DNA of 64,000 bases from Polyangiaceae bacterium. Lineage in GTDB: Bacteria > Myxococcota_A > Polyangia > Polyangiales > Polyangiaceae. Below, in pieces: positions 58,314-64,000 of this stretch. Under the pieces are notes generated by a model. The model ran no database searches. It saw nothing but the letters and a program-made list of their open reading frames with translations, and was not told the origin of the DNA. Every line of letters starts with the position of its first letter. The stretch's first letter is position 1. The stretch lies in contig JANRKO010000082.1 in the NCBI GenBank assembly GCA_033763455.1, positions 14,146 to 78,145 of the forward strand, in the 5' to 3' direction. The position numbers and the translations under genes were made by a program.

Positions 58314-59473
58314 GGCGCTCACTCGCACTTTTTGCCCTCGCATTTCTTGGCTGCAAACCGGCGCAGACGCCGGCAAGCGTGAATCCCGTTTCTCCAGATC
58401 TAACGCCTCCCGCGGAAAATACCACATTGGAATCGGTGGCCGTGGATGTGACTCCCCCCGCCGTTTCGTCCGCTTCAGGCGTTGCGGGAGCCTCGGCCAC
58501 AGCGCAGGCTCCAGCTGTTTTGCCCGCACCGCCGGGAAAGCTTGCAGCGGCGCTGTGCAAAGTGAACGGCAAACCGTTTACACCCAGCGCTTTGATTGGA
58601 GCCAACCAGCGCAGCATTGCGGCTGACGGAAAAGGAGGCCTCTATGTGCCGGATGATACAAGCGTTCGCAGGTACCTCACTCAGAGCGAAGGGGACCAAT
58701 GCAATCTCGTGCCGGACGCCAAGTTTGGCAGAGGTGGCAGCATTGACGTCAAATTCCAGGTGTATCGGCTCTCCATAGATCCGGCGGGCAACGTGCTGGC
58801 TTGTGGATGGAATCAGTGTGCGTTGATTTCAGGCAAAAAGGTGCTGCCTGCGTGCGATGCACCGTTTGGCCGTCGCAAACGCATCGCTGAGGAGCCCGAA
58901 GATACGCGTAAAGAGCGAAAGACGGAGCCGCACGGGATGTTAGCATTAACAGCGTTTGGTTCGGTTGGCGGTGGCGTGAGTCGCATGCGGACACTCATGG
59001 GCGTAGAGATTGAAGATTTGCAATGCAAGGTGGAAGCCCACTGGATCCTTGAGGATTTCGCGATTTCGGCCGTGGCGCGCTTTGCTGATACGTTCTACGT
59101 CACAGGGCGCGACGGCCAAGGCGTGAGCAAGCTGCTCATTCACGATCTCAAGCAAGGTCGATTGGGTGAGGTGGTGAGTGAGGAGCCTCCCTCAGAGAAG
59201 GCAATGTGCTGGGTGAGCAGCATGGTGCCGTGTGGGGAGGGGTTGTGCATGCTCGATACCCAGTGCAATCGAGTTACCGTGGTGGATAAGAAGGGCGCCT
59301 TCGTGAACAGCTACAAGCTTCTAGATTTGCTCCATACGGAGCTCCCCTTGCGTCCGGTTGCCATTGCTCCAGCCTCCAGCTTTGAGCACTTCTTGCTGGC
59401 GCACGAGCCGGCGCCGAAGGGTGCGGAGCCCCGCATTTATCGGGTGAGAAATTTACCCGGCGTGCGGGAATGA
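58310..59473 (+). CDS. Hypothetical Cys-rich lipoprotein, possibly a beta-propeller
   Basis: Lipobox LGC; ATGA overlap with the upstream gene; IAADGKGGLYV-type blades. Confidence 0.55.
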   Translation: MRRSLALFALAFLGCKPAQTPASVNPVSPDLTPPAENTTLESVAVDVTPPAVSSASGVAGASATAQAPAVLPAPPGKLAAALCKVNGKPFTPSALIGANQRSIAADGKGGLYVPDDTSVRRYLTQSEGDQCNLVPDAKFGRGGSIDVKFQVYRLSIDPAGNVLACGWNQCALISGKKVLPACDAPFGRRKRIAEEPEDTRKERKTEPHGMLALTAFGSVGGGVSRMRTLMGVEIEDLQCKVEAHWILEDFAISAVARFADTFYVTGRDGQGVSKLLIHDLKQGRLGEVVSEEPPSEKAMCWVSSMVPCGEGLCMLDTQCNRVTVVDKKGAFVNSYKLLDLLHTELPLRPVAIAPASSFEHFLLAHEPAPKGAEPRIYRVRNLPGVRE

Positions 59474-59538
59474 AGCTCATTCACGCTGGCGCGGCTGCTT
59501 GATGGACGAGGTCGCATAGACCTCGAGCAATGCGAAAA

Positions 59539-60321
59539 TTAGCCGGTGGCTTCGGCCAAGGCGGTGCCCTCTTGGGGCGCGGCGGAAAGGTCTGTGTTTG
59601 TCTTACCCCCGATAGAGCGATGCAACTCTACCAAGGCGGCGTGCACCTCGTGCATCAATGCTTCGCTTTGGTTCTTTGATCGCCCGGCCGTGAGGATGGG
59701 TGTGCCCAACTTGAGCCGAACTTCTCCCGGAACGATATCGAAGCCGCCCGACGGTAAGACTCTACCCGAACCTTCAATGGCCACCGGGATAATGGGCACG
59801 CCTGCCTGCAACGCCAAGACAAATGGGCCGCGTTTGAACGGTAGGATGGCGCCCGTTTTTGAGCGCGTGCCTTCAGGGAAAACCAAGATGTTCGCGCCGT
59901 TGCGGATGCGTTCTGCGGCTTTGGTTAGGCTGCGGAGGGCTTTGGTGCCTTTGGAGCGATCGATGAAGATCATACCCGTGGCCCACATGTACCAGCCAAG
60001 AAATGGGATGTACTTCAAGACCTCTTTGGCCATGAACCGGAGGTGCGTGGGAATGCTGTAAAACGCGCAGGCGATGTCCAACATGGACTGGTGGTTCATC
60101 ACGAAGATATGGGGCGTCGAAAAATCCACGTCGGGCAGAGGCTCCGCGCGATAGCGGGCGCCCGTGGCCCAAATGAGCGGGTAGGCCCAAAGCTTGCGCG
60201 CCATCCATAGCGGCACATTGCGGTTCCAGGTTACCAACGCTGCGATGAGCGCCAGCGTGATCCATGTGGAGCACCAAACAGCCAGGAACAGAGCCTGCGC
60301 GAGCTTCTTCAGGGGTCGCAT
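59539..60321 (-). CDS. 1-acyl-sn-glycerol-3-phosphate acyltransferase (PlsC-like)
   Basis: NHQSMLD, FIDR, VFPEGTRS, PIIPV. Probable ATG at 60321. Confidence 0.9.
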   Translation of the reverse strand: MRPLKKLAQALFLAVWCSTWITLALIAALVTWNRNVPLWMARKLWAYPLIWATGARYRAEPLPDVDFSTPHIFVMNHQSMLDIACAFYSIPTHLRFMAKEVLKYIPFLGWYMWATGMIFIDRSKGTKALRSLTKAAERIRNGANILVFPEGTRSKTGAILPFKRGPFVLALQAGVPIIPVAIEGSGRVLPSGGFDIVPGEVRLKLGTPILTAGRSKNQSEALMHEVHAALVELHRSIGGKTNTDLSAAPQEGTALAEATG

Positions 60322-60555
60322 TCGGCGGGAAGCTACACCAGGGCTGGGAGGCCCGCACAGGAAAATCGGCTCCCGCGCGGCCGTTCCCGGCCTGTGTCGT
60401 GCGAGACACATATCTTGGTCAAAAAGCTCACAACTTGCCGCCAAACCGAGGCCCTTTCTGAGTGGGTTAGCTCTCGAAACGGGCCAAAAGCGAGTGCCTC
60501 GCGCCTCAAGAAGCTCCAAGATCCATGACGGCACGGAGCTTGCGCTGGGGGCGGC

Positions 60556-62619
60556 ATGCACGTTCCTTCAACACCCTCCCCAAACACTTCAACCCATCAC
60601 GTCTTCTTCAGCAGGCGATTGTATCTAGCGGCTGTCTACATCATTGCTGCCCTGACTAGTTCAAAGTTGACCTTCGCAGGGCAAGCATCGGCTGACGCCG
60701 AACGTACCCTTTCACCCTACTTCGTGGTGGAGGGCGGGGACTCCGGTATCGAAGGCTTCCCCTTGCTTTCCACTGCGGTGAACGTCGCCGTAAGTGGCGT
60801 GATTGCCGACGTGAGGGTCACTCAAACGTATAAAAACGGTGGCAAAACCCCGATCAACGCTCGCTACGTGTTCCCGGCGTCCACACGCGCGGCAGTGCAT
60901 GGGCTCAAGATGAAGCTCGGCGATCGCATCGTGACCGCCAAGATCCGCGAGCGGGAACAGGCAAAAGCTGAATTCGAAAAGGCAAAGCGCGAAGGCAAGA
61001 CGGCATCGCTCCTTGAGCAAGAACGCCCCAACGTTTTTACGATGGGGGTAGCAAATATCCTCCCCAACGATCAGATCGAGGTAACCCTCGAATATACCGA
61101 GCTTTTGGTTCCGGAGGGTGGCACCTATGAGTGGGTGTTCCCCACGGTTGTGGGGCCGCGCTACTCGAGCAGCTCAGCTAGGGGAGCTAAGAGCAGCGAG
61201 CAATTCGTCGAAAGCCCCTACCTCCACGTGGGACGAGCGCCACACCAAACGCTCACGCTCCAAGGATCCATCGCGTCCGGAATTGCTGTAGCCAAGGCTG
61301 GAGTTGAGACGCACAAGGTGAACATTACCTGGGAGAACCCAAAGCTTTTACGTTTTGAGCTGGATCCTAGTGAGAAGTTTTCCAGCAACAAGGACTTCAT
61401 TCTTCACTACCGCTTGGCGGGTGACGTCGTGCAGACGGGGCTTTCGCTGTACGAAAAGCACGGTGAGAAATTCTTCATGGCGATGGCACAGGCACCGAAT
61501 CGCGTGAGGCCTGAGCAAATTCCCGCTCGCGAATTCGTGTTTGTGGTGGATGTATCCGGTAGCATGGCTGGCTTTCCTCTAGAGACGACCCAAGCTTTGC
61601 TTTCAGACTTGGTGCGCCACCTGCGGCCGGTGGATACGTTCAATCTGCTGTTTTTCTCTGGAGATTCGAAGCTGATGGCCCCGGCCTCGGTTCCCGCTAA
61701 TGAAGAGAATCTGAAAGCGGCTGTGCGCATGTTGGGGCAACTGGAGGGCAACGGCGGTACGGAACTGCTGCCTGCTCTAAAGCAGGCACTTTCGCTGCCT
61801 GTGGATGCACAGCGTGCTCGCAGCTTCGTGGTGGTTACGGACGGGTTTATCAGTGCCGAAGCCGGTGTGTTCGAGTACATTCGCAATAACCTCGGCAGAG
61901 CCAATGTCTATTCATTCGGCATCGGCTCAAGCGTGAATCGATTCCTTGTGGAAGGTGTCGCAAAAGCCGGTCTCGGCATCCCCTTTATTGTAACGGAGCC
62001 AAGCCAGGCCAAGGCGCAGGCGGAGAAGTTGCGAGAGTATATCGAAGCCCCACTTCTCACGCACGTCAAAGTGAGGTTCGAAGGGTTTGACGCCTACGCG
62101 GTGGAGCCAAAAGCTTTGCCGGATGTGCTGATGGATCGCCCGGTGGTGATCCAAGGCAAATGGCGAGGGAACGCGGTGGGTGCGGTGGTGCTCAGCGGGA
62201 CAACTGGCAGCGGGCCTTATCAAGCGAAGCTTGCGCTGGCTGACGCGACCCGGGGGGAGATGAATAGCGCGTTGCCCTATCTGTGGGCGCGGACGCGCAT
62301 CGGCAGCCTCTCGGATTTTGCTGCCGAAGAGCTTCCGGCAACCGAGCGCCAAGAAGTCGTGCTCCTGGGACTCAAGTACAATCTTCTCACGCGTTACACG
62401 TCATTTATCGCTGTGAGCGAACAGATACGGAACCCATCAGGGAATGCTAGCAACGTGGTACAACCTTCGGCCTTGCCAGTGGGTGTGTCCGATGCCGCTG
62501 TGGGTGATGACGTAATGGGCGCTGATGAGCCAGGCTTTCTGCTGCTCCTGCCTGCGGCACTGCTCGGGCTTGGGTTGCTACAGTGGCAGCGAGCGCGTGG
62601 CGCGATGGTGGTGTCATGA
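60556..62619 (+). CDS. VIT + VWA domain protein with C-terminal sorting signal (ADEP-TM-basic)
   Basis: V.VTQTY.N, YVFP, ASLLEQ; MIDAS DVSGSM, TDG; tail GADEP-GFLLLLPAALLGLGLL-QWQRAR. Start uncertain. Confidence 0.88.
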   Translation: MHVPSTPSPNTSTHHVFFSRRLYLAAVYIIAALTSSKLTFAGQASADAERTLSPYFVVEGGDSGIEGFPLLSTAVNVAVSGVIADVRVTQTYKNGGKTPINARYVFPASTRAAVHGLKMKLGDRIVTAKIREREQAKAEFEKAKREGKTASLLEQERPNVFTMGVANILPNDQIEVTLEYTELLVPEGGTYEWVFPTVVGPRYSSSSARGAKSSEQFVESPYLHVGRAPHQTLTLQGSIASGIAVAKAGVETHKVNITWENPKLLRFELDPSEKFSSNKDFILHYRLAGDVVQTGLSLYEKHGEKFFMAMAQAPNRVRPEQIPAREFVFVVDVSGSMAGFPLETTQALLSDLVRHLRPVDTFNLLFFSGDSKLMAPASVPANEENLKAAVRMLGQLEGNGGTELLPALKQALSLPVDAQRARSFVVVTDGFISAEAGVFEYIRNNLGRANVYSFGIGSSVNRFLVEGVAKAGLGIPFIVTEPSQAKAQAEKLREYIEAPLLTHVKVRFEGFDAYAVEPKALPDVLMDRPVVIQGKWRGNAVGAVVLSGTTGSGPYQAKLALADATRGEMNSALPYLWARTRIGSLSDFAAEELPATERQEVVLLGLKYNLLTRYTSFIAVSEQIRNPSGNASNVVQPSALPVGVSDAAVGDDVMGADEPGFLLLLPAALLGLGLLQWQRARGAMVVS

Positions 62620-63350
62620 GGCGCGTACTCGAGAAAAATGCCGCGAGTCTGCTCATTCTAACTCTCGTGGCGGGAGCCTGCTATTGGCTAAAGGCCTACT
62701 ACTCAGCGGCAACTCCTGGCGAGCTTCGCTTCATTCTTCTGCCTACCGGAGCGTTGGTACAAAGCCTGAGTGGGCACGTCTTTCAGTTCGAGCCGGGTGT
62801 GGGAGTTTCCAGCAATTCCGCACAGGTGGCGATCACTCGCGCCTGCGCTGGGGTCAACTTTCTTATTGTGCTGTTTGCTGTATTAGCAATCACGGGTACC
62901 TTGCGCTTGAAGGAGGCTTGGCGCAAGGCGGCGTGGGTTCTTGGGTCAGCCGTTGCGGCGTATGCGGTAACCCTGGCGGTAAATACGGTGCGGATCTTTC
63001 TGGCTCTGCATTGGCACCGGGAGCATCTGCTGATGGGCACCCTGGTCTACCTGGTTGGGTTATGTGTAGCCTTCACGGTGGCGCAGAGCCTGCTGGATGG
63101 GCCGGTGGGAGCTTCGTCAGCTGCGCGCTGGCTGCCGCTTCCCTTAGCCCTCTATCTTGGGATGACTCTGGTGGTTCCGGTTGTCCGGGGTGCGGCGGGC
63201 ACCGGCGTGTATTGGGGCCACGCCTTGGTGGTGCTCAGCAGCACCTTTGTTGTGGGCGGTTTCTTCTGGCTTGTTCTGGCAGGTTCTGCACGCGGCATGA
63301 TTTCTTCGAACTCATGGTTCCTCTCGCGGGGCACTACTCGTGTTCGGTAA
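62616..63350 (+). CDS. Exosortase (XrtK-like)
   Basis: Multi-TM; Cys in RACAGVNF, Arg in NTVRI, His in WHREH..G..VY; ATGA-coupled to the VIT gene. Confidence 0.75.
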   Translation: MRRVLEKNAASLLILTLVAGACYWLKAYYSAATPGELRFILLPTGALVQSLSGHVFQFEPGVGVSSNSAQVAITRACAGVNFLIVLFAVLAITGTLRLKEAWRKAAWVLGSAVAAYAVTLAVNTVRIFLALHWHREHLLMGTLVYLVGLCVAFTVAQSLLDGPVGASSAARWLPLPLALYLGMTLVVPVVRGAAGTGVYWGHALVVLSSTFVVGGFFWLVLAGSARGMISSNSWFLSRGTTRVR

Positions 63351-63694
63351 ACGGAGTGGCTTTGCGGTTAACAACAGTGCAAACGCTGCTAGTTCGCCCT
63401 GGAGATCTGCACGAAGGACGCGACCCGTGTCTCGTGTCGGCTGTTGGCGGTGAGGTTTCTCTGCTGGGCGTCAATCGCGCTTTTCACCATTGGGGCCGGA
63501 GTGAAGTGCGGCCCTTTCTGACTTGACCAACCCTAAGAGGACTCTTCGCGAGCGCAGAGCACGCCGTGTGCGCCCCAGGAATATTCCAGTGAAATCCCCT
63601 GGTACCACAGGGAAATGTGCTAAGTTTGGACTCCACATTGGCCGCATAATGCTAGCTACAGCAGCTAATATTCAGAGCGAAGCGAGGTCCTCGT

Positions 63695-64000
63695 ATGCGA
63701 TTTCATTACACCGCTGTCCGCTCGGTCTCTGGATTAGGATTGGTAGCTCTGGGTGTGCTGCTGGGTGGGCTCTCGGCCTGCAGTGGGTCCTCAACGTCGG
63801 GGCGTGATCGAGCGAACAACCCAAACAATCCAGGAGCTGGCGTAGCATCGGGCACTGGAGGAGCAGGGTCAGTTGTAGGCGGGCCCGGTTCGGGAGGTAG
63901 TGGGAACCCGAACGGAAGTGGGGGCAACGGGGTAGTGAATCCCCCCGTGAATCTGCCGGCGGAGGGTGCGTTGGGTCCGGTGGCGCTGCGTCGTCTGACC
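63695..64000 (+). CDS. Lipoprotein, probably DUF1592-family; 3'-truncated by the window edge (absent from the ORF track)
   Basis: GAGG RBS; MRFHYTAVRSVSGLGLVALGVLLGGLSAC, Gly-rich linker, ends at ...GPVALRRLT. Confidence 0.65.
   Translation, partial: MRFHYTAVRSVSGLGLVALGVLLGGLSACSGSSTSGRDRANNPNNPGAGVASGTGGAGSVVGGPGSGGSGNPNGSGGNGVVNPPVNLPAEGALGPVALRRLT

Overview
Gene-dense (~50 CDS), moderately GC-rich bacterial chromosome segment. Gene content points to a myxobacterium, probably Polyangiales-like: Cys-rich repeat/fibro-slime lipoprotein, AgmX/GltG-like protein, DUF1592-type proteins, many Gly-linker lipoproteins and a kinase-fold protein. I found no rRNA, tRNA, CRISPR array, transposase or prophage. 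Housekeeping genes: uvrA, an Uup-like ABC-F ATPase, acnB, zwf, a PlsC-like acyltransferase, SRAP and Smr proteins, and an ABC exporter with TetR. Carbohydrate genes: GH78, GT5, a PQQ sugar dehydrogenase, a xylonate dehydratase and a clan GH-A hydrolase. Six exported proteins carry c-type haem motifs. Best leads: (1) a phage-type HNH homing-endonuclease homologue with apparently destroyed metal ligands, fused to a histone-H1-like tail, with no phage context (possible domesticated nucleoid protein); (2) two sigma54 promoters with upstream enhancer-like repeats and a shared 12-bp motif, one followed by a repeat-bearing leader or possible sRNA; (3) an OM-barrel / DUF1549-1553-like / Tat-DUF1501 / cytochrome module with a CX6CH motif; (4) an exosortase coupled to a VIT-VWA target with a variant 'ADEP' sorting tail; (5) a PilZ plus Cys-substituted pseudokinase pair; (6) many apparently leaderless genes and a palindromic bidirectional promoter. 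All family calls are from motif recognition by eye, without database searches.
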